In this document: in pieces, positions 45,590-54,687 of the stretch
How positions within the stretch are numbered: the first letter of the stretch is position 1
How the letters are laid out: each line of letters begins with the position of its first letter
The notes under the pieces: generated by a model
What the model saw: the letters and a program-made list of their open reading frames with translations, nothing else
The model's database searches: none
What the model was told of the DNA's origin: nothing
Source of the DNA: a virus
Lineage: Duplodnaviria > Caudoviricetes
IMG/VR virus record: IMGVR_UViG_3300037212_000012
Span: 1-54,687 of that record
Reading direction: 5' to 3' (one strand)
DNA length: 54,687 nt
Made by a program: the position numbers and the translations under genes

Positions 45590-46135
45590 TCAAATCCTGC
45601 ATTTCTCATTTTGACTTAATGCCTCAGAGGGGCTAGGAGGTGCCGGAACCTTGGGGATTTCATTAAAGATCTCCTCGAAGTAGTAGTTCCTGGTGCTCAA
45701 AAGATCCTTCTTCGTGTCCTCGGCCTGCATCTCAAGTTCGGCCAATTCTCCGTTTAGAATCTCAATCTCTTCATAAACATTATCCAAGGACCTCAAGCCC
45801 CTTTGATAATCGTCATCGCATTTCGTGACCTCCAAAGCGATCTTCTCGGCCTGCTCTCTCGATAGCTCGTAAATCCTGTTCTCGGGGATGTCACGGCAGA
45901 TATGCTCCTCAAATACTTCATCCTCTACCAAGGCCCGGAAGCCATCTTTCCCTATGAGCATTATCTTATCGAGCTTGACCTTCTGACATGGTTGGCAGAA
46001 CTCCAGGCGGTCCACTGGTTCAGCAACGAAATCCCCAATTTCAAAGGCGATTGATCCATATTTAAGCCTGATAGAGGGTAGATGGACTTGAACGGAGCCT
46101 AGCGACTTTTGGCATAGAGCACAATGGCCTATCAT
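45590..46135 (-). CDS. Hypothetical protein with Zn-binding CxxC pairs and coiled coil
   Basis: CALC...CQPC; acidic coiled-coil C-terminus. Confidence 0.55.
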   Translation of the reverse strand: MIGHCALCQKSLGSVQVHLPSIRLKYGSIAFEIGDFVAEPVDRLEFCQPCQKVKLDKIMLIGKDGFRALVEDEVFEEHICRDIPENRIYELSREQAEKIALEVTKCDDDYQRGLRSLDNVYEEIEILNGELAELEMQAEDTKKDLLSTRNYYFEEIFNEIPKVPAPPSPSEALSQNEKCRI

Positions 46136-46172
46136 GCAAGAAACCTTACATAGCGTTGACTGTCAGTGGTTT

Positions 46173-46463
46173 TCACTCGTCTACCTCCATTATGCTGCCC
46201 TTCGTGTCGGTCCTTTGGCCCTGGATCGTGTAAGGCACCAGCTTGATACCGTTCATCACCAAGAGCTTTCTTGTAGCCCTCGGTAGGGTCTTTTCATGCC
46301 CGCCTGCGAGCCTGACCTGCTTGATGCCTGGGTAGTTTCTCACAACATCCAAGAAGTCTGCCACGGTCGGCCTGAAAGCCAGGAATACGGCCTCTGTTGC
46401 GGGTAGCCCTTGGTGGTTCTTTAGCTCTTCTCGACTGCTCAATATTCGCATTTTAATTTTCAT
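46173..46463 (-). CDS. DUF1699-like protein (methanogen family)
   Basis: MRILSSREEL, VFLAFRPT..D, KTLP...LL.M.GIKL, IQGQRTD. Confidence 0.7.
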   Translation of the reverse strand: MKIKMRILSSREELKNHQGLPATEAVFLAFRPTVADFLDVVRNYPGIKQVRLAGGHEKTLPRATRKLLVMNGIKLVPYTIQGQRTDTKGSIMEVDE

Positions 46464-46467
46464 CTAA

Positions 46468-46809
46468 TCACATCTTCTCTAACCGCTTGACAGCTCGGAT
46501 GAAGCCCAAGCCCTTCGGTGTCGTCACATAAAGCCTACTATCTACAAAGTTTAGAAGCTCTTTTCTGATAAGTTCGTCTAAATATGGTATGACAGTTTTA
46601 AAGTTCAAATTGGCCTGATAAACCAGCCTTGTTTTATTTGACGGTTGCACAGCCGCCACCAATATTTCCTTTTCAATCGTCCTGCGGTCTCGCTTTTTCA
46701 CTCTCGGCCCTCCTTTGCCCAGTTCTAACTGAATTGGATCATCGCGTTTGATGTTTAGTTTCATGTTTGTCCTCCCGTTTTTATCATCATAATCTATAAC
46801 CCACCCCAT
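46468..46809 (-). CDS. Archaeal winged-helix transcription regulator (COG3432-like)
   Basis: RDRRTI..EIL...KTRLVYQANLNF...YLDEL...YVTTPKG. Confidence 0.8.
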   Translation of the reverse strand: MGWVIDYDDKNGRTNMKLNIKRDDPIQLELGKGGPRVKKRDRRTIEKEILVAAVQPSNKTRLVYQANLNFKTVIPYLDELIRKELLNFVDSRLYVTTPKGLGFIRAVKRLEKM

Positions 46810-46976
46810 GCAATGCCTAGCTTAATATCGAGCCTAAGCACCGGCCCGAGCACCTTGGCCTTATTCTTTGAGCTTTCGCCATGAACCACAGGACCGCCGC
46901 AGAACTTACATTTTTGATTGGGCGTATCACCAACATAATATCTTGGAACCTTACAACCTACGCAATATCCCATCCT

Positions 46977-47330
46977 TTAGCCCCTAATGCTACTTATCCC
47001 GAAATCTATTTCGTGCCCATCCATCGCGTCCATCCATTCGGTATCTCGATTATGAGACCTGAACATGGATGAATACTCAAACCCTGGAGTTGGCGGGCGG
47101 TGAGCTGCGTAATCGATTCTATATAGGCAATCCCCTATTGAACTGCCGTGATCTAGCCTGAATATATCTTCATGAGTTATTATTTCTTGGCTGTGAAAAT
47201 TACTATCTTTGTCCAATAACATTGATATCTTTACCTGGGAATGCATTGCCGAATTTCCTGCATTTACCTGGACTGATATAGCCATGCAGGGAGATATCAA
47301 GATCATTATTATAATAAATTCTTTTATCAT
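46977..47330 (-). CDS. Secreted hypothetical protein
   Basis: Signal peptide MIKEFIIIMILISPCMA. Confidence 0.55.
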   Translation of the reverse strand: MIKEFIIIMILISPCMAISVQVNAGNSAMHSQVKISMLLDKDSNFHSQEIITHEDIFRLDHGSSIGDCLYRIDYAAHRPPTPGFEYSSMFRSHNRDTEWMDAMDGHEIDFGISSIRG

Positions 47331-47866
47331 AAGATTACCTCATATTGGGACCATTTTGATAGAGACTTCTCGCCCTCATAAATAGCCAGCATTTTGTAGT
47401 GATTTATTTTATTTCCGGGTATAAGCCAAGCGTGCTGTATTTCTAATGAGACGCGATCATTCAATGCAAATAATATGAAGCGATCTGCTGAAGGATTCTG
47501 ATGTATGTTAAATTGCCAATATTCAGAACCATGCTTAGATTTTAATCGGCTGCTACTTTTCACCTCAATCTTTTGCCCATCACAATTACAATCAAACCCA
47601 CGATTTCCAAAGGACATCCATTCAATATGTTCGAATATCTTAGATAATATCGATTCAGCAACTTGCTTTTCGACTGTATAAATCCCGAGGTATTGAGGGC
47701 AATCTTTGTTTCCGGCCATAGGACCACAAATTCCCTTTTTATGATTCCAATTAGTTTTATATTCTGGATTATTTTTTCTCCACAATCGATTCGATTCTGC
47801 GTGTTTCTTAAGATCCACTTGTCTCATGTTTCCTCCAAAAAGATAATAGAGGGACAACCCCCTCAC
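47327..47866 (-). CDS. PD-(D/E)xK nuclease-like protein (possible homing endonuclease)
   Basis: GFDC..DGQKIEVKSS, WQFNI, ADRFILFAL, HAWLIP. Confidence 0.6.
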   Translation of the reverse strand: MRGLSLYYLFGGNMRQVDLKKHAESNRLWRKNNPEYKTNWNHKKGICGPMAGNKDCPQYLGIYTVEKQVAESILSKIFEHIEWMSFGNRGFDCNCDGQKIEVKSSSRLKSKHGSEYWQFNIHQNPSADRFILFALNDRVSLEIQHAWLIPGNKINHYKMLAIYEGEKSLSKWSQYEVIL

Positions 47867-48645
47867 AGACCGACATTGAACGGTATATTATAGATTTGGT
47901 AGTTGATCTGATTAGTTATCTTCCATTCACCATTCAGATCTCCAATAGTCGGCGCCCACCCACGAGCATCGATCCAATTAAATTGCCTGTAAGCCTGTGA
48001 CTCGTCGGTTCCCGGTGTTCCTGGGATTGTAGCCTGTGTATAGCTCGTCATCACTGGGTTGAGATTGCCCGCCGAATCGTAGCCAGTCGCCTGGATAAAG
48101 TCATCTTGGCTGCTCATGATCTGAGAGAAGACCTGCCTAGAGCCGTCATTGCCCCCGGGAATAAGCGTTCCGGTGTTATCATAGGTTCCTGCACTTCCGC
48201 CCATTGTGTAATGCATGATATCGTAGCGTTCATCTATTGCTGCCTGCGGGATGGCCCCGGTGGCGCTGAATGTTGGTACTGTTGATGTGCCCACGGCTCC
48301 TACTGTGATGTCGCTATCAATTGTTTCTCCTACTAATGGATCGACGCTCTGTCCATTCTTCACGAAGTTCAAGGTTATGGCCTCGTGACTCTTCTCTTCG
48401 GGAGCCGCATTACAAGGCACATCCAGCGTCTTGAATTGGCTAATTGAGTCAAAGGTTCCCGCTGTTGCAGACATCGAATGACTCCAACTATTCCAGCCCG
48501 TCATAGTCGCGCTATCTGAATAAGCATAGTTCCCCGGTCTATTGATCTGCTCGGAGAACTGGATATCGCCACTCATCGCACTTGCCATTCCTACTGCCGC
48601 AAGTATTATAAATGCGGTCCAAGATATTGCATTTGCTTTATACAT
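47863..48645 (-). CDS. Secreted beta-rich hypothetical protein
   Basis: Likely start 48645 after GGAGG; signal peptide WTAFIILAAVGMASA. Confidence 0.6.
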   Translation of the reverse strand: MYKANAISWTAFIILAAVGMASAMSGDIQFSEQINRPGNYAYSDSATMTGWNSWSHSMSATAGTFDSISQFKTLDVPCNAAPEEKSHEAITLNFVKNGQSVDPLVGETIDSDITVGAVGTSTVPTFSATGAIPQAAIDERYDIMHYTMGGSAGTYDNTGTLIPGGNDGSRQVFSQIMSSQDDFIQATGYDSAGNLNPVMTSYTQATIPGTPGTDESQAYRQFNWIDARGWAPTIGDLNGEWKITNQINYQIYNIPFNVGL

Positions 48646-48724
48646 TTGAAGCCTCCAGGAGCGGGTTTGTGGCCTGCTCTTGGTGTTTGTTACCTTAATT
48701 GATAACTGTAATTTGCCAATCACA

Positions 48725-48745
48725 TTATAGGCATTTTACCTATAA
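48725..48745 (-). promoter_or_regulatory. Palindromic operator overlapping TATA box (copy 4 of 5)
   Basis: TTATAGG-CATTTTA-CCTATAA. Confidence 0.7.
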
Positions 48746-48755
48746 AGCCTTTTCC

Positions 48756-49061
48756 CTAAGTTAACCCTTCTATCAATTTCATGATGATTTCGTTTTGCGT
48801 GGTCTGGTAAAATCTTAACTGCTCTTTTAACCATCTCAGAGAAGGAATCTGATACTTTTGTGGCCTACTGGATACCGATTTCTGTATATAGCTTTTGTGA
48901 ATCAAGCCACTGAGAGCTATGCTTATGTCGGGCTGCGCCTTCGCGATGTTCTTGCTAAGGTCTGCCTGTGTGTGTTCTCCTGGGTTCATTAGAAGATAAA
49001 AAACTATGTCAGGCTCGACCGGCCCACCAATAATAACCTTAAGATCTTCTTTGAGTGCCAT
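48756..49061 (-). CDS. Winged-helix regulator (MarR/TrmB-like)
   Basis: TQADLSKNIAKAQPDISIALSGL...RPQKY; flanked by two operator copies. Confidence 0.7.
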   Translation of the reverse strand: MALKEDLKVIIGGPVEPDIVFYLLMNPGEHTQADLSKNIAKAQPDISIALSGLIHKSYIQKSVSSRPQKYQIPSLRWLKEQLRFYQTTQNEIIMKLIEGLT

Positions 49062-49067
49062 AAAAGG

Positions 49068-49088
49068 TTATAGGCGTTTAACCTATAA
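49068..49088 (-). promoter_or_regulatory. Palindromic operator overlapping TATA box (copy 5 of 5)
   Basis: TTATAGG-CGTTTAA-CCTATAA immediately upstream of 49061. Confidence 0.75.
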
Positions 49089-49140
49089 AGGTTTTTCTGA
49101 TATTGATCTACCGGCACATAAAGCAGTATCAAATAGACTT

Positions 49141-49533
49141 TTAGCGTACTTGATTCTCGCGAAGGATCTCAAAACTTATTACGTAGACCTCTTGTGATGG
49201 ATTCCAATCTCTTTTTAATTCGCTTTTCCAATAATTCATGAAGAACCAAAGAGCTGTGATACCGGCCCGCGGCTTAAATCCTTCGGCCATCGCATCCTCC
49301 TCAGTCATATCTCCGAGCTTCTGCTTGTAGACATATAACACCTTGATTTTGAAATAGATCTCCTTGGAGTACATGCCACCCTTTCGAACGCCATAGGTGC
49401 CACCTACTTTGACGTGCGGCCTTTTCCAAATACGACGGGTTGCGGTCTTGCAGCCTTCTTCTATGGCCGCTCGCATATTAGGCTTGAAGAACATGAGCCG
49501 TCGCCCCCTCATAAAACTCTTTGGATTTCCCAA
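49141..49533 (-). CDS. ASCH domain protein
   Basis: GCKTATRR, LGDMTEEDAMAEGF, VYVISFE. Confidence 0.85.
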   Translation of the reverse strand: MGNPKSFMRGRRLMFFKPNMRAAIEEGCKTATRRIWKRPHVKVGGTYGVRKGGMYSKEIYFKIKVLYVYKQKLGDMTEEDAMAEGFKPRAGITALWFFMNYWKSELKRDWNPSQEVYVISFEILRENQVR

Positions 49534-49720
49534 GCAATATCAAAGCAGAGCCATCCGGGTAGAGTTGCCCGATGCCGCTTATATAGATTGGCTCAACATC
49601 AAAGAACCTTCGGCCTGTGAAGACCTTTTCGGGATTTGAAGGGGTACGCCAGAATACCCAGAAGTGGTCATTTTCTTTGCTGTACGAATTAGCAAAATCT
49701 GCATGATTCATGAATGGCAT
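49478..49720 (-). CDS. Hypothetical protein
   Basis: 80-aa ORF with GGAGG SD. Confidence 0.45.
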   Translation of the reverse strand: MPFMNHADFANSYSKENDHFWVFWRTPSNPEKVFTGRRFFDVEPIYISGIGQLYPDGSALILLGKSKEFYEGATAHVLQA

Positions 49721-49723
49721 GGC

Positions 49724-50200
49724 CTAGCCTCCTCGGTAGTTGTTTACAGAGCTTTTCGCTATTCCTAAAGACGCGGCTATGGCCCGACTCCCTTCGCCTC
49801 TCGCTACTCTGCGCCTGATGAGTTCCTGCGTAGCGAGATCTGTCTTAAGCTCGCGGGCTGGCTTCCGCACGGCTAGTAGCTCTTCATCATCCATTGCGCT
49901 GAAACTCGATAACAATATTCTAGCAAGCTCGATAGGTTTCCTTTCGCCCATGCCCACCACAGGGCCGCCCTCGGCCTTTGCTCCTTCCACGGAGATACCA
50001 GACCCACAGAGAAGCTTATCTACTGGATCTTGCTCTTGCGCTTGTGCCCTGAAGTCGACCAGCTTTCCGGGCCTCTTGGATTTCCTAGAAGAGCGTTCAT
50101 CTCTCGTTAAATTCTGTTTGCAGCTCGGGCAGCATTTCGGATTGTCTACGCGAGATTCCCACGAATAGCCGCACCATTTACATTTCATCATCTTGGACAT
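49724..50200 (-). CDS. Zn-ribbon plus C-terminal HTH protein
   Basis: CKWCGYSW...CPSCK; GEGSRAIAASLGIAKSSVNNY. Confidence 0.7.
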   Translation of the reverse strand: MSKMMKCKWCGYSWESRVDNPKCCPSCKQNLTRDERSSRKSKRPGKLVDFRAQAQEQDPVDKLLCGSGISVEGAKAEGGPVVGMGERKPIELARILLSSFSAMDDEELLAVRKPARELKTDLATQELIRRRVARGEGSRAIAASLGIAKSSVNNYRGG

Positions 50201-50282
50201 ATGGTTTGATTATGATTATATTCATAGTTAAAACCATCGGAAAAGAAGAAAAGAAAAAGAAGGGGGAGGGGGTCAGCTTAAC

Positions 50283-51077
50283 TTAAGGCTGAACCCAGAT
50301 GCTCGGATACTGGTCTGTTTTGGCCTTGATTGCAGCTAGTCGGGTTGAGTTGCTATCCATCTCGGTTCTATTTGCCGTCGCTAAAGCACCTTTTCCTGTA
50401 GCTGATGGCGCATCTACTATGTCCATCTTGTCGCCCGCCTTCGCGGGCGCATACGCCGCCTGAGCAGATGCCAGAGTTACAACAGGTTCGCCCGTTATTG
50501 CAGGCGTTGGTATTGTTTGGCCCGCCCATTTCGTAGCATTTACTGCCTGATCCGCCGCCAGGCTATAACCTGTCTTATCGTTGTTGGTTGAGACTGTAAC
50601 GCCTCCCGTCACCGAGGCCACGGCCCCTCCTGCATACGTTGACCTGGTGCTTATGGCAGCGTCTATGTCATCTTTCAAGAGCTTGCCTATCGAGCCTGCC
50701 GTGGTTATCGCGGTCAACAGGCAATTCCAGATAGCCGCTACCATTGGAGCTGTGGCCCTGTTCTCGATAGACCAGTTTGCGATTACTGCGCCTATGACCG
50801 AAATGCTATCCACGGTCCCGGCTGTTAGGACGGCTTGGTAATTGTGACCCGCTGCGTAGAAGGCATCGGTCATAACCACGTTGACATTGTGCATACCGGT
50901 CTGCCCATCGAAATCGACTGTCAGGGTAACGCCTGTAGTCGATTCAGTTGCGCTATTATCCTTGTAGATGCTCACCGCTGGAGTTCCTGCTAGCGTTATA
51001 GGCGTCCCATCTCCTTTATGAGTCGGGAACTTGAAATCGTGCGTTCCACCCGCCGCTAGATCTCCTAAAGAATTCAT
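50283..51077 (-). CDS. Tail/baseplate-associated structural protein
   Basis: Thr/Ala-rich; FPTH..DG.P.TL.GTPAVSIYKD; last gene of the tail operon across the junction. Confidence 0.55.
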   Translation of the reverse strand: MNSLGDLAAGGTHDFKFPTHKGDGTPITLAGTPAVSIYKDNSATESTTGVTLTVDFDGQTGMHNVNVVMTDAFYAAGHNYQAVLTAGTVDSISVIGAVIANWSIENRATAPMVAAIWNCLLTAITTAGSIGKLLKDDIDAAISTRSTYAGGAVASVTGGVTVSTNNDKTGYSLAADQAVNATKWAGQTIPTPAITGEPVVTLASAQAAYAPAKAGDKMDIVDAPSATGKGALATANRTEMDSNSTRLAAIKAKTDQYPSIWVQP

Positions 51078-51087
51078 ATCATCACCT

Positions 51088-51612
51088 TCATGCGTCTATC
51101 AACCCCTTGCCCACCAAAGGGCCCAGACCTACCAGACCATCGCCGACTAATCCGACTCCACCGACTGAACCCCATGCAGCTATAGAGATGTCATATGTGG
51201 TATTAGAAGCTAATCCAGTTGGGTTATTTGGAAAAGCGGAGCTATATGGGTAGAATGATTTATATCTAATCGTTTTACCGCTCTGTCCATAAGCGCAACA
51301 AATACTTCCTCCGGCCGTCGCCACCGCTAACCAATAATTGTTGCCGTTAATTATCCTACAATTTGAGATCGCAATAAGTCCAGAGCTTGCGAGATAAACC
51401 GCTGCGCTTTCTCCAAGCACCGAGCCTGGTTCGCCCGCATTGTCCGAATATATACCAACATGAAGAGTATCGGCCATGTTGGTATATGCATAAATCTTTT
51501 TTGCTATTCCGCTCTGTATAGCCGTGAACTTTTGAAGCCAGATATAGTATGTTGACAACGAAATTGAGCCGACCAGACCATTGCCAATTAATTTTATATC
51601 AGCCATAAGCAA
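51088..51612 (-). CDS. Putative tail-associated beta-sandwich protein
   Basis: QKFTA, VGIYSDNAGEPGSVL, NYWLAV. Confidence 0.5.
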   Translation of the reverse strand: MLMADIKLIGNGLVGSISLSTYYIWLQKFTAIQSGIAKKIYAYTNMADTLHVGIYSDNAGEPGSVLGESAAVYLASSGLIAISNCRIINGNNYWLAVATAGGSICCAYGQSGKTIRYKSFYPYSSAFPNNPTGLASNTTYDISIAAWGSVGGVGLVGDGLVGLGPLVGKGLIDA

Positions 51613-52309
51613 ACCACCTGTAAGCCCTTCCAGCAGGGGAAACGGTAAATTTCATGTTCGTTGTGCCCTGAGTTCCAAATACCGCCGACACTGGATAGTC
51701 TGGGTCTGTGGCGTAGATCACGATCTTGCTCGGCTCGGCCCCGAGACCGTGCGCTATGGTCTGCTCCGAGGCCGTGCTCTCGCTCGTGCCTGTGGTCGGT
51801 AAGAACTTTCCGAAAGGTGAGCCAATAGAGATAGGCGCTATGCCGTCATTGTTTGGGACATAATTGCCGAATGTTCCTGTCACTAGCCCGTTTTCTGTGA
51901 TCCTAAGACAATAGAGAGGGATGTATGTAAGAAGGATTTGGGAGGGCAATGGCAGATAGTTCTCCAGGAAATCGTTCAAAGGGCTTCGACCATACCTGCC
52001 AGAGGGTACCTCCTCGGTGCCTTCGATTCTTTTGGTGGTGCCGTCTCCTAGGTCCACCACTACCATGTCGTAACGATGCTTACCTGAACTTGCGACAGGG
52101 ATACCGGATAATACCGCCTGAACCACCGGTACACGCGCGAGAGCGCCAATGGCTATCCCAGCCGCCACTGTCACCGATGATGCAGAATTCCTCGTGATAG
52201 CGAATCCTGAATCTATCCCGTTCCCAAGGGATGGCAATTCTAACCTCTGAAGATGCCAAGCCGCCGCCGCCAAGGATTCCTCAGTCGGAAATAGAGCCGT
52301 TATAGGCAT
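51599..52309 (-). CDS. Putative tail fibre/baseplate protein
   Basis: SVTVAAG.A, RYDMVVV, TIAHGLGAEPS. Confidence 0.55.
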   Translation of the reverse strand: MPITALFPTEESLAAAAWHLQRLELPSLGNGIDSGFAITRNSASSVTVAAGIAIGALARVPVVQAVLSGIPVASSGKHRYDMVVVDLGDGTTKRIEGTEEVPSGRYGRSPLNDFLENYLPLPSQILLTYIPLYCLRITENGLVTGTFGNYVPNNDGIAPISIGSPFGKFLPTTGTSESTASEQTIAHGLGAEPSKIVIYATDPDYPVSAVFGTQGTTNMKFTVSPAGRAYRWFAYG

Positions 52310-52342
52310 GGTTCTATCTTACCTCCTTTGACTCGGTTCGGT

Positions 52343-53080
52343 TCATGCATCTGTCGTGCCTTCAACTGCGATTTGTGGATTTACGAGTGCGACCGCCCAA
52401 CTGCCTTTAGGTACTTTCCGCCGCAGCCATATACCACACATTTCTCCGGGACCCAGGTCGCCCATTTGACAACCATCATCATAATCCATTGGCATCGTGA
52501 AACTGAGACTTGTGGGGGCTGTATCCTCATTGGCGATGTGCTGGACATAACCGGGCTGTGCTGATGGTGCTTCTATTGCCATCCTAAATTGGCTGTCCTC
52601 AATTGGCTTGCCGACCGCATGGAGGACCTTTGTTGTGCTATTGGACCCCCTTGTGCAGCCTGTGAAGCTGCACGTTGGACGGCTACCAGCCTTCCCGGTA
52701 TACAGTATTTCCTCGTCCTCTAGGAAGAACGCCCCTTTGCTCGGAAAACTGGCATTATCAACGCAATCTACTGTGTTTTCTACACCGTTACTTGCCAATT
52801 GGGTCCTGAGGGTCGTATAGGGCGAATCAGATACTAGGTATAGCCGTGCATCGGTCAGGGGTAAGGTTTCGTGGTTGTTCATTACGAAGATGCACCGATA
52901 TTTTTCACTGCCATTCTTGCTTTCATTAGCCGTGACCTTTGCGAACAGGTTCTCCATAGTAGCGTCTTCGATCTGTACCGAAGATCGATATTTCCCCAGA
53001 TTGTCGGGGCTCGATTCGCCGTCGCCGGTGGCGGTCGATTTACTGCCGTCATATATTATGTCTGTTTCAGTTACGGGAAT
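52343..53080 (-). CDS. Virion structural protein, probable ATT start
   Basis: Frame is open 41 codons upstream of ATG 52957 to an ATT 5 nt after GAGGTG; NLFAKV, YRCIFVMNNH, GIWLRR; shares a module with 17436-18320. Confidence 0.6.
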   Translation of the reverse strand: MPVTETDIIYDGSKSTATGDGESSPDNLGKYRSSVQIEDATMENLFAKVTANESKNGSEKYRCIFVMNNHETLPLTDARLYLVSDSPYTTLRTQLASNGVENTVDCVDNASFPSKGAFFLEDEEILYTGKAGSRPTCSFTGCTRGSNSTTKVLHAVGKPIEDSQFRMAIEAPSAQPGYVQHIANEDTAPTSLSFTMPMDYDDGCQMGDLGPGEMCGIWLRRKVPKGSWAVALVNPQIAVEGTTDA

Positions 53081-53120
53081 AGTCCCACCTCTGCCAGTTA
53101 TTTATTTTTATTATTAAGAT

Positions 53121-54260
53121 TTAAGATAGATAATTATCATACCATGATAGATTATAGTCGAGATTCCCATTTGTGAATTTCAGCGTTGCACCTTCATCCG
53201 ACGCTCCAGCCGTTACATAAATTTCCGGTTGGCCTGAAATGCTATGCCAGGATTCTAGTTTTAGAGAGTTTAGTTTAAGTGAGTCACTGGCCCCACATAA
53301 GATTCGCCAATTGAACCACGATAGGCCATACAACTTGGTCAGCGTGTATTTTTTCACGCCGTTTATTATAGTATCCACATCATACCAGCTACCCGAATCA
53401 GCGGCGGCCTGAAGTTTAGGTGCTCCTATGACTTCGGAGGCATCCAGAGTTAATTTAGGATCATCGCATAATGGGTGTTTAATATGATAATAATAATCTA
53501 GGTATCCGTTAACTGTGAATACTAATTTCTTCGAAGAATAAGACACGCCCGAATAGTGGGCCCGATTTCGTTGCCATCGATCGCCATCCTGTAAGGTGTC
53601 TTCAGATACGAGGTAAGCTAGTTTTTGTTTGGGGTAGAAATCCAATATTGCCCCATCCAGAAGGACCGGGGCTATTTCAAGATCTACGCCGAGGTCATCA
53701 AATGAGACTAATATATCTGTCGGGTTTGCGGTCGCATAGGCCGCGCTGATTCCTATATGATCTATGGGTGCGTCTTTGTTACCAGCATTTGCCATCATGG
53801 TTATTGATTCCAGGGAATTCGTAGCATTTCCGGTCTTGGATTCGGCTATGCATCCCTCCGGGGATATCGACCCCAATAATATGACAGCTACGAAAGAGTA
53901 TCGTTCTAACGACATGGGTTTTAGGGGCGATGTATTCAATGAGAATCCTAGCACCCGCCATCGCTTTGTTTCTCGTTCGACCAGATAGATATCGTTATCA
54001 TTAGATAGCCAATCGAAATTATTTAGGTCATAATATGCTAATGCGTCCTTCTCGGCCCTTCCTATTATCATCCCGGTCATCTCGACCTTGACCAGTTCGG
54101 CCTTGAAATCGGATAAAAAGGATCGCTGGCCTCTGCGGGGGGATGTGTTTGATGGCGTTGAGTGATCTGGAAAATTGACATCAAAAATCTTGTAGCCTGG
54201 AGCTGAGGCTGAACCCCCGCTATTTAATTCAAGATCTCCGATCTTCCAATTTGAAACCAT
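53121..54260 (-). CDS. Distal tail (Dit)-like protein
   Basis: 379 aa, beta-rich; WKIGDLEL, NAGNKDAP, C-terminal WYDNYL; tail context across the junction. Confidence 0.5.
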   Translation of the reverse strand: MVSNWKIGDLELNSGGSASAPGYKIFDVNFPDHSTPSNTSPRRGQRSFLSDFKAELVKVEMTGMIIGRAEKDALAYYDLNNFDWLSNDNDIYLVERETKRWRVLGFSLNTSPLKPMSLERYSFVAVILLGSISPEGCIAESKTGNATNSLESITMMANAGNKDAPIDHIGISAAYATANPTDILVSFDDLGVDLEIAPVLLDGAILDFYPKQKLAYLVSEDTLQDGDRWQRNRAHYSGVSYSSKKLVFTVNGYLDYYYHIKHPLCDDPKLTLDASEVIGAPKLQAAADSGSWYDVDTIINGVKKYTLTKLYGLSWFNWRILCGASDSLKLNSLKLESWHSISGQPEIYVTAGASDEGATLKFTNGNLDYNLSWYDNYLS

Positions 54261-54290
54261 CCAAGCCTCATATACATAAACTCAGTACTA

Positions 54291-54527
54291 TTATTTCAAA
54301 TCTTCCTCTTTTTGTTTCCCAAAACCCGCCACTTCCTTAGTTACTCTATTTGTTATCAGAATTTCATAGGCGGATTCGCCGGTATCCAGTTTCTCTACGT
54401 CTTCAGGTGATAACAGTTTTAATACCGCTTCCCTGAACCTGGCCGGGCATGTGGAGCTGACAATGTAGTTTGGCGGGCCGCTGCTAGGTTTCATTCCGGG
54501 ATTTTTTCTGTGCAAGATCCACCACAT
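54291..54527 (-). CDS. Small hypothetical protein directly after the DUF483-like gene on the circle
   Basis: With one copy of the 64-bp unit the junction reads GAT TAA ATC ATG TGG TGG. Confidence 0.5.
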   Translation of the reverse strand: MWWILHRKNPGMKPSSGPPNYIVSSTCPARFREAVLKLLSPEDVEKLDTGESAYEILITNRVTKEVAGFGKQKEEDLK

Positions 54528-54687
54528 GATTTAATCCGCCTTTGGATCGAACTCGAAGTGTATAACCTGCCGTGTGCAAGATCCACCACATGATTTAATC
54601 CGCCTTTGGATCGAACTCGAAGTGTATAACCTGCCGTGTGCAAGATCCACCACATGATTTAATCCGCCTTTGGATCGAACTCGAAGT
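54510..54687. repeat. 64-bp unit, about 2.8 tandem copies at the window end
   Basis: Copies start at 54510, 54574 and 54638 (partial). Confidence 0.95.

Noticed and set aside
54510-54687. Terminal repeats as a CRISPR array
   Set aside because: Units are contiguous identical 64-mers with no spacers, they span coding sequence, and there are no cas genes.
1-54687. tRNA or rRNA genes
   Set aside because: No cloverleaf or rRNA signature recognised by eye; tRNAscan-SE would be decisive.

Overview
The window looks like a complete or near-complete, circularly closing ~54.6 kb genome of a tailed archaeal virus (Caudoviricetes, long non-contractile-tail gene set). The host is probably a methanogen of the Methanosarcinales/Methanotrichales, inferred from a DUF1699-like gene, archaeal winged-helix regulators, BRE/TATA promoters and GAGGTG Shine-Dalgarno motifs. 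Most genes lie on the minus strand: terminase (split by a Zn-finger/HNH insert), portal, MuF/protease/scaffold fusion, capsid, neck, a papain-like protease plus holin-like genes, tail tubes, tail chaperones, tape measure and tail-tip proteins. The tail operon continues across the sequence ends. The standout is a cassette embedded in the tail operon: a 997-aa protein built from about 90 His-x-(Asp/Asn) motifs plus F/Y/W-x-(D/N) motifs, a radical SAM/SPASM enzyme whose own C-terminal tail carries four HGD motifs, and a DUF483-like Cys-rich protein. This suggests RiPP (triceptide-like) crosslinking chemistry applied to a virion protein. Also notable are a candidate large structured ncRNA interrupted by a TnpB-only IS200/IS605 element, a five-copy palindromic TATA-overlapping operator, and an origin-like 27-bp inverted repeat. 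No recognisable integrase, polymerase, helicase or primase was found. All product calls come from motif recognition by eye; no searches were run.
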